Origin: Adineta vaga
Taxonomy: Eukaryota > Animalia > Rotifera
Assembly: GCA_021613535.1 (NCBI GenBank)
Contig: CP075495.1
Coordinates: forward strand, 12,524,001-12,588,000
DNA: 64,000 nt
Reading direction: 5' to 3'
A program made the position numbers and the translations under genes. The notes under the pieces are model-generated. The model made no database searches, was not told the origin of the DNA, and worked only from the letters and a program-made list of their open reading frames with translations. The number at the start of each line of letters is the position of its first letter. Position 1 is the stretch's first letter. This document shows positions 53,301 to 64,000 of the stretch, piece by piece.

Positions 53301-56300
53301 AAGAGACAACTACAGACCGAAGAGAAAAGAAGCAACACAGAACAAGAAGTTCTGTGATAATCTCTTTTTCTTTTTCTTTTTCTTTCTCTAATGCCCATGA
53401 CAACTCTAAAATACTAATCATGTTTTTCTCTTGTCATAAAGAAAATCTATCACGTTTTTTTCTTTCAAAAAGATAAAAAGATGTTAATCTTTTCTTTTCT
53501 CTTACCTTGGATCGTGATCTGCAGTCGGAGGCATACGTGTTGAATGTCGAGATAATTCATTGGTTCCAGAAGTAGGTTTTAAATGAGAATGTATTTGTTG
53601 AGTATTATTTACATTTTGTGTGCGCCATATTGGTGTCGAATAATCACTGGTAGGATATCGTACGTGTTCTTAAAATAAAACAAAGCATACATTTATATAA
53701 AGAAAAAATTTGTTTTTTTTCGATTATTATTCCATTTACCAGGATTTTCATGTGGATGTCGTTTAGATGGTTGCGATAGATATGCTGAAGATTCAGGTGG
53801 TGAATGTGTTGATCCATAAGGAAGATGACGACTTGAACGGATATTTTTTAATTGTTCATTATTTGTAGCTGCAGTAAAATCGTGCATAAGACGAGGATCA
53901 ACGTAAAAGGAAGCACCGGGTAATGAATTGTAATAATGTGGATAAGGCAAAAGACCACTGGCTAATAGTTCTTGTGGATGCATACCAGATGAAGCAAGAA
54001 TTTGTGATGCGGCCAGAATTGCTGCTTGTTGCTGTTGAGAATGATGTGAATGTGATGACGACGATGTTGATGATGATGTTGATTGTAAGGAAGGATTTGA
54101 TGATGAAGGATGTATTGCTGTTGGTGGAGGAAGTAAATGTTGAGTATTTGATGCTGATAGAGATGGCGGTTGAGATGGAGATCGTTGTTCAGATGGATGA
54201 CGAATTTGCCTGAAATAAAACAGGTGTTGCATCTTATATGATCAAATGGTCTGAATAAAGAATTTGTCAGACGTTTCTCAGTTGATCAATCAATTGGAAT
54301 GAATGTCAGAGTCATTCTGACCTATTCTTTGGAATTTTCTAGGACACATTAAAACACAAGAGGAGAAGTAATGAAACAACAAGACATTTGAATAACTCAG
54401 ACAGAAATGCAAATGACAGTATTTTATGAATAGGTTTAAATTTAGAAATCTTTTGTTTGATTTTATACGATAATAACATACATGAAGTTATATAAGTACA
54501 GTGTGTAAGAAAATTTACACTTTTTTTTTGCTTTTCTCACTTTTTAGAACAAGAAAAAAAATCAAACAATGAATAATAGCATCGAGTCAAAGAAGCATTC
54601 ACTACTATCAGCATAGAAAATTTATAACGAAAAAAAAAACCTTTTCCTCACCAAAATCTTTCCCCTTCTTATTCATACATATAGACACTACCAGTTCGTT
54701 CAATCGAACGGATTACTGCGGACAGCAGTCATTTAGTTTTAAAATAGATTTGGTAATTGAAAAGAAAATGTCTTGTTTTCATTATTTCTTTTGATTGAAA
54801 CTGAAAATCATGCCATATATAAAATGACACTCTTGTGAAGTGCTTATTTCACTTGTGGTAATAGAAGCGTATAGCCTATGCATGCACTCAGCATCTTTTG
54901 GCAGGAGAAAATAAAAATTTGTTAGAAAAATCGTTTGTCATAGAAATGATACATTCATTTTAATGGTTCCAGATATAGAACAATTTTTGTACAGATGTAG
55001 TCATTATAATACAAACGAATTAAGAGGTCATATTTATGTAAATTCATTTTTGTTGAAAAGCTGACTGAAAATAACTATTCTATACTTAAAATTTTGATCT
55101 TTTTAAGTCAATATTGTCTTTACAAGAATAGTGTACAGAAATCGATCTTATATTATCTTACCGTTCATGATTGGGCGAATGTGTGGTAGTCAAATATCTT
55201 GATGTAACAAAATCTGCTCGTAATGTTTCATATGTATCTGTATTTGATGTATCGATTCCCACGGATTTATTTGTATTTGTTGGTGTTGGTTGACTATTCA
55301 TTGAAGATGATTTAAGCTGCTGTTGCTGTAAATATTGTGATGAACTTGACGATGATGATGCTGATGCTGAGAAATTACTAGGCGTTCCTTGTTGATGACC
55401 ATAATGACGCATATAAGCAGCTTGTTGTGAAGTATATAGATGTTGTTGATCGATTATTTTTGAAGAGTTCATATGTGTTGAAGGATGAGTTTGATCATTT
55501 CGTGGACTAGGATAATGATGTGGATGCATATTTGAATGATTAGGTGATGTATCAATTGAGATTGGTTTATTTGATGGTGATATAGGTGTTCCACGCATAA
55601 TTGAACCTTTACTTGAAAATGTTTGTTGATTATGAGAATGAACGGGTGGTGAATGTGATTTAGTAAGTGTTACAAGCGGTGGTGGCTGTGTAGGATTTGT
55701 CGTTGTTGTTGGTACTTGCTGTTTATTTTGTAAAATATTTGGATTCGTATTAATAGACAAGTTTTTCTCTGTTTCATTTAATGTTTTTGATATTTCTCGT
55801 TCAATAAGAGAATTGATTGTAGTTATATCAGTTGATGGTAAATTTCTTGATATTTTTTCTTTTTTCTCTTGATTTATAGATATTTGATCACCACGTTCGA
55901 CTATGATCATTTCGTGGGGTGAATCATTACTATCTTCATTGATTATTGTCTTCTGTGGATCGTCTTCATTATCTAAATATTATTTAAATAGAGAAAAAAA
56001 AAGAAATAAAAATAAAATCTTTTCAAACGAATATTACCGTCATCATTTTGTTCTTTTTCTCGTTTGGATTGTATTAATCGACGTGATTGATCTTCTGAAC
56101 CTGAGATGCTCACATTATCTTCATCAATATTCTATTGAAAAACGAAAATTTCTTTATTGTAACTATTGGTCTTGTAAACAAAGTATCTACCTGTTCATCA
56201 TCGATTAAACCATTTTTCTTACGATGTTTTTGATAAAATGCTCGACAACTTTGTTCACTACGATTAACATAGGCGGCTATCTGAGGCCAATTATCACTAT

Positions 56301-59300
56301 ATTTATGTAACGCTTTCGTAAATGCATCGATTTCATTTTCTGTCCATTCTAGAAAAGGAAAAGCATATTGGTTGAAAAAAAGCAAATATTTATTTTTAAT
56401 AATTTACTTTCGTCATGTTTTGAATTTTGTTCATCTGTTATGGTTGATGGATTCTTCGATGATTCATCATCTTCATCATCTTCTTCTCCATTATTTGGTA
56501 GATTTGTTGTTTGTCTTTGACGTACTTGTATGATTAATTTTTCATAGCAACGTGTACAACATCGTTGAACATTTTGAGGAATTTCTGTTATGAGAAAAAA
56601 AATACATGAATCTTCTTTTAGATAGATCCTTCAATCTACTTACGCAATGAGCGACGTATAGCTTCTCGATTGTCTTTAGTTAATTCGTTCCATTTGTTTG
56701 GAAATGCACGTAAACGATTTTTACGATTCTTTTTTTTACCTAATTTTTCAGTCGTACATGATAATAATTGGCATCGACTACAAACAACATGTAGTTAATA
56801 AATACATAAGACAATACGATGAAGAAAAACAAACAAACTTTTTATTAGATCGTTTATCGTCAGTTCCATCACCGGCATCTAAAAGACAAGTAGTGTAATG
56901 ACTTTATCATTTTATGAAGAATTCTTCGGACTTACTTGTTTCACGTCGATCTTCATTACTAAATAAAAGAAAATATTATAATTATAGTGGTTTTGTTTTC
57001 TTATATATTATTAGAAATGAAAGACGAATATGTAGATAATTAAACATCTTTTGGAACTTACAAACTAGTCATACATGCATCAGTAGACCATTGTTTTATT
57101 CGGTGTCTTTTTTTTACAGAAAAATACGAGAATGTTGAATGTCTTTCACACGCCTCAAAAACAATCTCGATGTAATGTCGTTATTTAAATGTTTAGATTT
57201 TTTCGATGAATCGCTTCTTCACAAGAGAATGAACTACCCTATTTTATACATTGTTACAATCTAGTAACTTTTTTTTCTTTACATAACAGCCTATCAAAAG
57301 TGTCAGCTACACAATTTTTATTCGAAATGTATTTAACATATGGTGCTTGCATATTCATTATATCTCGTACGCATGATCTCAATGTCGGAAGTTTGTTCTA
57401 CTTTTGAATATTTTAGAAAAAGGTTCTGATTATAACGAATATCTACTTACTTTTCCAAACGATCTAATGATCGTTCCATATCCTATAAAAATCGAGAAAA
57501 AGAAATTTTTCAACAAGTAATACATTCAACAAACTTGTTCTCCTCCAGTAATTGCTGATTGTCCAAGAATTTGTTGTGATGACGATGAGACAACTGTATT
57601 TGAAGATGTTACTTTTGTCACTAATGTTGTTTCAATAGTTGTCGATGAAGTAACTGTTGTTGTCGTTGTTGTAGCATTATGCTTTGCACGTCGTCTTGTT
57701 GCTTGTGTTTGTTTACGTAATAAATTCTTATAATTTTCCGTTTTCTTTGTCATATAATAAAACTGTACACATTGTTCGGTGGTTTTATTTTCCAAAAATG
57801 ATGATATATATCCAAAATTCTTCGGTGATTGAGTAAATTTTTCAATGAAAATCTGTTTTTCTTCTGGTGACCAACATGGCATTTTTGTACGTTCTTTATA
57901 AAATTCCGCTGCATCACGTCGAATTAAACCATTTTGATTTAAATACTGATGTTTACGTTGCCATTTATCATAGATAATAGGTGGAATAATTGATGATTTA
58001 CGTAATTTTTCTTCTTCAAGTTCAAGTTCTTGTTCTGTTGGATTCGTATTTAATGATAGCTGCTGTTCTGATGTTAACGAATCAGTTGTATTTGTTTGTT
58101 TCTTCTCTTTATCTTCACGTGTTTTACGTAATTCTGGAAAAGTTTTTTCGAATATTTCACGATATGTTGTGAGATCTTTATTTGAAATAATCTTTTCTTC
58201 TTTATCAATTGATTTTTGCCATTCTTGATAATTTTTATCATATTTATCACTTTCAATTTTGATTTGTTCTTGTGTACTATCATATCTTTTTTTAAATATA
58301 TTTTTCAAACGAGTTTTCATTAGATGTAAATATCTAAAGAAAAGAAATTTTGAATTCAACTAGATTAATATTTTAAGAAGACAAACTGTATTCGAATTCG
58401 TCGTAATGATTCGAGATCATTTGGTTCTTGATAGAGTGGCATAGTTAAATCCATATTATTATTGAGATGATTCAATATCTTTTGACTATCTTCCGCTTTT
58501 TTCTAAAATTAAAGATCAAATTATTTCATTTGAATATTATAGAGAGAAATTTCTATGATAGAAGTCTTCTTGTTGGTACATTTTATTTGAGAGATATTCA
58601 AATAGGAAAATTCTCTGGTTACAGTTTTTATAATAAGATTGGAATGCTAACAAAACTATTCCAAGAATTTAATATATATATCTGAATACTAAAAATAGTT
58701 AAGTGCAAAATAAATATTTCTATTTTCACAGTTAGATATTACATTCGATAAAAGTACATTTTATAGTAATAAAAATGTAGTTCGAATCTACTCAATAATC
58801 TCGTTTAATTTGTTTTTCTTCGTTAACTAGTAATGAATTGACACTTACTCTATTATCATGAAGAATTTTTTCAATTAATGTTTGTGAACCATTCGTTTTA
58901 AGTAAATCATCTTGATCATCATTATCTTCATCAGCAGCTGATCGATCTGCTTGACTTTTTATTTCACTCTAACAAAAAACAGAACAATCATATCAATATT
59001 TGTTGATCAAATAAGATTTCTTACTTGACTACGTTTAGCTCGATGAAGTTTTTTCATAGTTATATCAATTTCTGACTCTAGTTTAGATATTGCATTACGT
59101 ATAATTGTTGAATCTCTCATATGTGAATCATTTTTTGGATCATCTGGTGTTGGTGATATAGCCTCAGTTTGTGGTTGATAAACTTGTTGTTCCTAAAAAT
59201 TAAAAATCATATCACTGATGAATATTATTCATATTTATCACAACAAACCTTTTTCACTTCAATAGATAATGGTAATAATTGTGAATTAACTGATGGATTA

Positions 59301-59700
59301 GTACCACCAGTTCCAGCACCTGTTGGATAGCGTGATCGTTTTGAATGTTCATCCACATGTGGTCCCATTGAAACAGGTCCTAATGTTGGATAATATGAAG
59401 CTATTTGTGCTCTAAAAAGAAAAACAAGATTCTATTAGAATATGAGTAAAACAAAAAAGAAACCAACCTTTCTGGACTACCGAAATGACTATGATAACCA
59501 GCAAGTAATGATGGACGTCGATTTAATGCCATAGGTGATTCAACAGTCGAACCAGTGTTATATCGAACATCACGCTAAAAAACGAATCGAGTTCATTATA
59601 TTTTGTTATGAGACAAAACGAAACGTTGTCAACATACCTGTTGATATCCACCTGGATAAGAAAATTGAGCCGACGACATGAATGGCGATTGTCGGGCCAT
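50139..59700 (-). CDS. NCOR1: Nuclear receptor corepressor (NCoR/SMRT/SMRTER family), multi-exon
   Basis: RRPSLL, PQTEAISPTP, SANT1 (WSPEEKQIFIEKF..PKNFGYI..CVQFYYMTKKTENYK), SANT2 (WTENEIDAF), GSI motifs (GSIMRGTP, GSITQGSP), a CoRNR-like LEYLIRGEL and an LSD-like ENISDTE near the C-terminus. The symbol denotes the family. Confidence 0.9.
50341..50382 (-). repeat. Poly-glutamine (CAG/CAA)n tract in the last NCoR exon
   Basis: (tgt)n(tgc)n run on the + strand. Confidence 0.85.
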
Positions 59701-61185
59701 GAATTATTTCTTTCTTAGAATAGTATTAATTGTTCATTATCATACAATACAAAGAAAATCGTTTCCTTGATTCAATTAATAGAATATAACGTAAAGAACA
59801 GTGCTTAGACAAAAATAAAGAAGAAAACCTAAATCGTTGATGAATATTACATTATCTAAATGAGGAAATAAACAATAATAATAGTTGTAATAAATTAGTC
59901 TTTCTAGTACGATATACAATATTTATTTGATAAAAATAAAAACATGAATATTGCATCATGTTGACAGTAATAGACTAGCTTGTCATACTTATTTTTATAA
60001 AGAAAGAAAAAGAACCAAAAATAGTAGTAGTCTAGCATCGTTTGTCACGCATATAATATCTGTACCTATACATGTCTCTAGGTAATACAACGAGTAGCGA
60101 CACAATCAACCATGATGCCTCTAGAAAAGAATAAAAAATAACCAACCAGCGAGATTGATTAGTTAGTTAGCTAGGTCACATTGGTTACTTTTTATTAGTT
60201 CATCATTTCGCACGAATTGTATTCGATAGATAGATGTCACTATTCAACGTTATACTGATTCTTAGAGGATGCTGGAAATGTTCAAATGAAAATCAAATAC
60301 TATGGGGTAAAAATAAAGAGTTTGCAAACGATTTTATTCAACTTTTCTATTCTGAAAAAGATCAATGAGTGAAGACTACGATTTGAATATCAATAAAAAA
60401 TGATTGCAAAAAAAATCCATCATGTAAAAGATGAGTAAAATGGATTAAAGGATTACTTACTATTCCGCACTATTATTGTTATAAAAATAAATATACATTT
60501 TCTAATCATATCTTTTTATATGTCTGTTATCAGTCAATATAGTCAGTCTAAAAGCAATGTAACTCGCGTCTTTTGTTGAGTACTTCTTACATCTTCTCAT
60601 TCCTGTTCTGTTTATCGTTATTTAAGTAAAGTACTTCTCAAAGAGCTGACGGAACATAGAGTCTGAATCACTAGTGATACATTATCTAAACAGTAGAGAT
60701 ATATGTAATATTATCTAAAAATTAATATTTTATGATATTTTACTAAAAAATCTATTGTTTAGTGTTTGTAATTTCATCTTTTTTATTGTTAGTTCACGAT
60801 AGAATGATATCGAATGAACAACTATTTTTAGCGTATGTCCCTACTGAAGGATTATTATAATATACTTCTTGGAATTTCTGGAAGTTAACCGATTAAAGTT
60901 ATGATTTTTCTGGGAATTTCCTTATTAATAACATCAAGCTAATTATTATTTACTGGAAGTCAACATTTGATACGGCACAAATATCCATTCTCATAATCAT
61001 TGTTCTACTATTCTTATCGTACAAATAAAGTACTTTGTAAATAAAATATTCATAATCATATTTAAAGTCTTATCAACAACTCTGATTTCAATAATTAACT
61101 ATTCATAGAGAATTATCTTTTCATCTTTGATATTCGCAACTATTATGAAATTTTATTATTTATGCAATAAAATAAAACTAAAACT

Positions 61186-63171
61186 TTATATATAATCAAA
61201 TAATGTTTGTCGTAAAAATAATTCTTTTCCTTTTCTCAATTGTTCTATATCGTCTCTAGTTGCTAGAATTTCTGGATGATCTTCAGATTGATATGTATCT
61301 AGTAAAATATTAAGTGCATATTCGGATTCATTCAATGCATGTTTAATTGTTTGTTTATCACTTGATGAACAATGTGCAAGACCATTTCGTGTCTTCGCTA
61401 GATCAGGATGATTATAGATTAATGATTGTTTTTGAATATTGAAAGCTATTTGAAAATTTTTCTTCGCTTCAATAATATTATGTTGACTAAAGTATGTATA
61501 ACCAATGCCAAGAAATGATCTAGCTAGATCAGGATGAATCGATGGTAAGAGTGTCCGTAAAACTTCATTTCCTACTGTAAAATATTCAAATGCTTGATCA
61601 ATTTGTTGTGTATGAATTAAATTAATAAAACCAAAGACTATATTCACTCGAGCTCGAAGAAGTTTATCGGTTGCTTGAGATAAAATTTTCAATAAAATCA
61701 AACGTATTTTCGAATAATCATTCGACATCGTCAATAGGTAAAAATAAACTCGTAATAAATTTGTCTCATCACAATCTTCAGGTAAATGTTCAAGATAATA
61801 TTTCGCTTGTTCATAATGATTTTGACGTAAAGCTAATTCAGCTAATTCTTGATAATGATTACTTGATTGTAACCATGTTTCTGCTTGAATATAAGCACCT
61901 TTATATATCAATATTCGACCAAATGCATGATAAATATTATTTAATTCGATTAATTCCTTTAAATAATAATCATATAAAGTTTGAATCGATGAGTTGGAGT
62001 CTAATGTGGGACATAGATTTAAACAAATTAACCAATATGGATCGGGTTCATCGATATATTCAATTCTAAACAATTGATATCGACCGCCAAACCAGAGAAC
62101 TGTTTCTTCATCTCTTATTCGTCCATATGGAATTGTTTCACGTATAGTTGAATCAATATTGATTTCAAATACAACTTTATGTTTATTCTCGTCAATAGTA
62201 TGAATAGAATTTAATGTTGTCTGTCGATTTGTATATGTGAATAATGATTCCGTTATGATAATAGTTTGACCAATACGATGTTTCATAGCATCGAATTCAT
62301 CTGCAGTTAAGTATTGACCATGATAAGTAGTAAATTTCGTTTGATCTTTATTAATTTTTTCTTGTTCTACTATTAATTGTTTATGAAAGTGTCGTATGAA
62401 CCAACGAAGTTTCCATAATTTCATTAAATCATTAGAATTGATATCTAGAAATACTAAATCTGATCGATACCATTCTTGAATTGTTTGATCGGGATTAAAA
62501 TAGAGTTGTGGCATTTCTGCATGATCTGATTCGTTATTATTCTGATGTGTTTCACAATAATCAGTAAAATCTTCAATACCATCATCTGAACTTTGAAATA
62601 GAAGATTTACTGCAAGATAATCAAATATATTATAATCATCAGTAAAGCGTTCTCGTCGATATGGTTTTAGTTTTGGAGATTCTGGTAACGATGGTTGATC
62701 ATCTTGTTGCTGCTGCTGCTGCTGCTCTTCTAGTTCTTGTTGCTGTTGTTCAAAAGTATCTTGCATATCGAACTGCATACATTGAACAATTTTATTGATT
62801 TCTGAAAAGACACATCGAACTTTATCACATGTTTGTGCCCATCGGCCATGTTTTACTGTATCGAAACAAAAAATATAGATATATTTGATTTGTATCAATG
62901 GCTGTAAACGATCACGTACAAGCATTTGACCATATTTTCCAGAAGTAAGAATCGATAAACAAGGTGTTTTAATATCCATCGATTCGATTAAATCAAGACA
63001 AGCGTCTGGATTCGTAAATATAAAAACATTGTCAAACAATGAAAGAAATACTTCTTTAACTTCATCTTCTTCTTCAGCAGTATCATCCAGCCAAATAAGA
63101 ATTTGTCCATGATTCTTAGTAGTTTGTGATGCATCAGTAATATCTCCGCGTGATCCAACAGATACTGCCAT
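61186..63171 (-). CDS. Intronless receiver-like + degenerate ADP-ribosyltransferase-like + TPR protein (bdelloid-expanded architecture)
   Basis: N-terminal ILIWLD...TSGKYG...IYIFC module, polyQ linker, central YHGQ...IGQTI...VVFEINID...EETVL, and kinesin-light-chain-like TPRs (HPDLARSFLGIG, HPDLAKTRNGLA). First ATG at 63171 (the ORF track starts at a TTG at 63183). Confidence 0.8.
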   Translation of the reverse strand: MAVSVGSRGDITDASQTTKNHGQILIWLDDTAEEEDEVKEVFLSLFDNVFIFTNPDACLDLIESMDIKTPCLSILTSGKYGQMLVRDRLQPLIQIKYIYIFCFDTVKHGRWAQTCDKVRCVFSEINKIVQCMQFDMQDTFEQQQQELEEQQQQQQQDDQPSLPESPKLKPYRRERFTDDYNIFDYLAVNLLFQSSDDGIEDFTDYCETHQNNNESDHAEMPQLYFNPDQTIQEWYRSDLVFLDINSNDLMKLWKLRWFIRHFHKQLIVEQEKINKDQTKFTTYHGQYLTADEFDAMKHRIGQTIIITESLFTYTNRQTTLNSIHTIDENKHKVVFEINIDSTIRETIPYGRIRDEETVLWFGGRYQLFRIEYIDEPDPYWLICLNLCPTLDSNSSIQTLYDYYLKELIELNNIYHAFGRILIYKGAYIQAETWLQSSNHYQELAELALRQNHYEQAKYYLEHLPEDCDETNLLRVYFYLLTMSNDYSKIRLILLKILSQATDKLLRARVNIVFGFINLIHTQQIDQAFEYFTVGNEVLRTLLPSIHPDLARSFLGIGYTYFSQHNIIEAKKNFQIAFNIQKQSLIYNHPDLAKTRNGLAHCSSSDKQTIKHALNESEYALNILLDTYQSEDHPEILATRDDIEQLRKGKELFLRQTLFDYI

Positions 63172-64000
63172 GTAATCTTTCAAATTTTCTCCAACTTAGA
63201 ACAAAATAAAACGTGGTAGTTATGTTTTTTTTGTTCTGTTCTTTACACTCAGTATCTACATTTACTGGAGTAGCGCAATGTTATTTGTCAATTGAGTCTT
63301 TTTTCTTCCTTTTCTTTCGGCCTTGTTGGAAAAAATATAAGTAGGTATAAAAATCTCCTACTAAGACTTTTAAAAAGTAAACACAAATAGTTTTGTTAAA
63401 TTTAAATAATATGGGAATTTTATTTTGAAAGAAAAAAAGATTTGATCAATCTATTGTTTGTGTTTTCTTGTTTGATTTCTTCTCTGCCAGTAAGACATTG
63501 TAATTATAGAACTCAGTTAATGAATAGTGTGTACTTATTCGATTTTTTATGATTATTAAACTTTGATTAAAAAAAAAGAACACGTCTGTAGTTCGAAAAA
63601 GATGGAATGCAGATTGATGGCACAAAAGAAGAAATATTTTGAAATATTGATTTATTCATCTATCCTATGATCATAGTAATAGAGAATGTACATATACCGT
63701 ATGTTTATTTTAACACGATGTAATAACTTATGTATATAGCAATTCATTGCATTTTATAATATCTATCACATCATTTTCTTAGTTAAAGAAATTGTGATTG
63801 AAAATTCTATATAGCATCGTTGATACTATCAATCCAATAGTATATATCTATATATCGAGTATATACGATTTCGTGATGATTAATATTCATTGAGAATTGG
63901 AATTCATTGATGTATGTGAATACATACGAATATGAGCACCAAAGAATAATACCGTCTAGAATTTAATGTCCGATAAGAAAAAAACAAAACACTTCACTCT

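Noticed and set aside
20428-58172. Many antisense and alternative-frame ORFs (e.g. 20428-20673, 23322-23618, 53923-54213, 57990-58172)
   Set aside because: These are shadow ORFs of low-complexity coding exons in real genes.

Overview
AT-rich, gene-dense eukaryotic (metazoan) DNA with many very short (~50-70 nt) GT-AG introns. Intron size, composition and two lineage-type families (an F-box/LRR-like gene and a receiver-like/ART-like/TPR gene) point to a bdelloid rotifer (inference). Genes left to right: AQP4-type aquaporin (+), CFAP61 (-), class-2 DYRK kinase (-), amidated neuropeptide precursor (-), CAAP1-domain protein (-), MRPL52 (+), a tight minus-strand run transcribed NDUFS7 > EFL1 > phytol/farnesol kinase-like > Maf pyrophosphatase, two small single-pass membrane proteins (+), a short troponin T (-), an accessory island (F-box pseudogene, HINE-like element, MITE), a second minus-strand run transcribed KIF3A > PHPT1a > PHPT1b > proline-rich ORF, NCoR/SMRT (-) and an ART-like/TPR gene (-). 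Main findings: (1) two operon-like clusters, with gaps as short as 47, 128 and 156 nt and unpaired 3' splice acceptors just before the start codons, suggesting SL trans-spliced polycistronic units; (2) an intronless VTE5-type phytol kinase, a probable horizontal acquisition, inside one cluster and spliceable in frame to Maf; (3) an AQP4-type aquaporin with a widened G/C/A/R filter; (4) a LLamide neuropeptide precursor. Exon boundaries were read by eye and no database searches were run.
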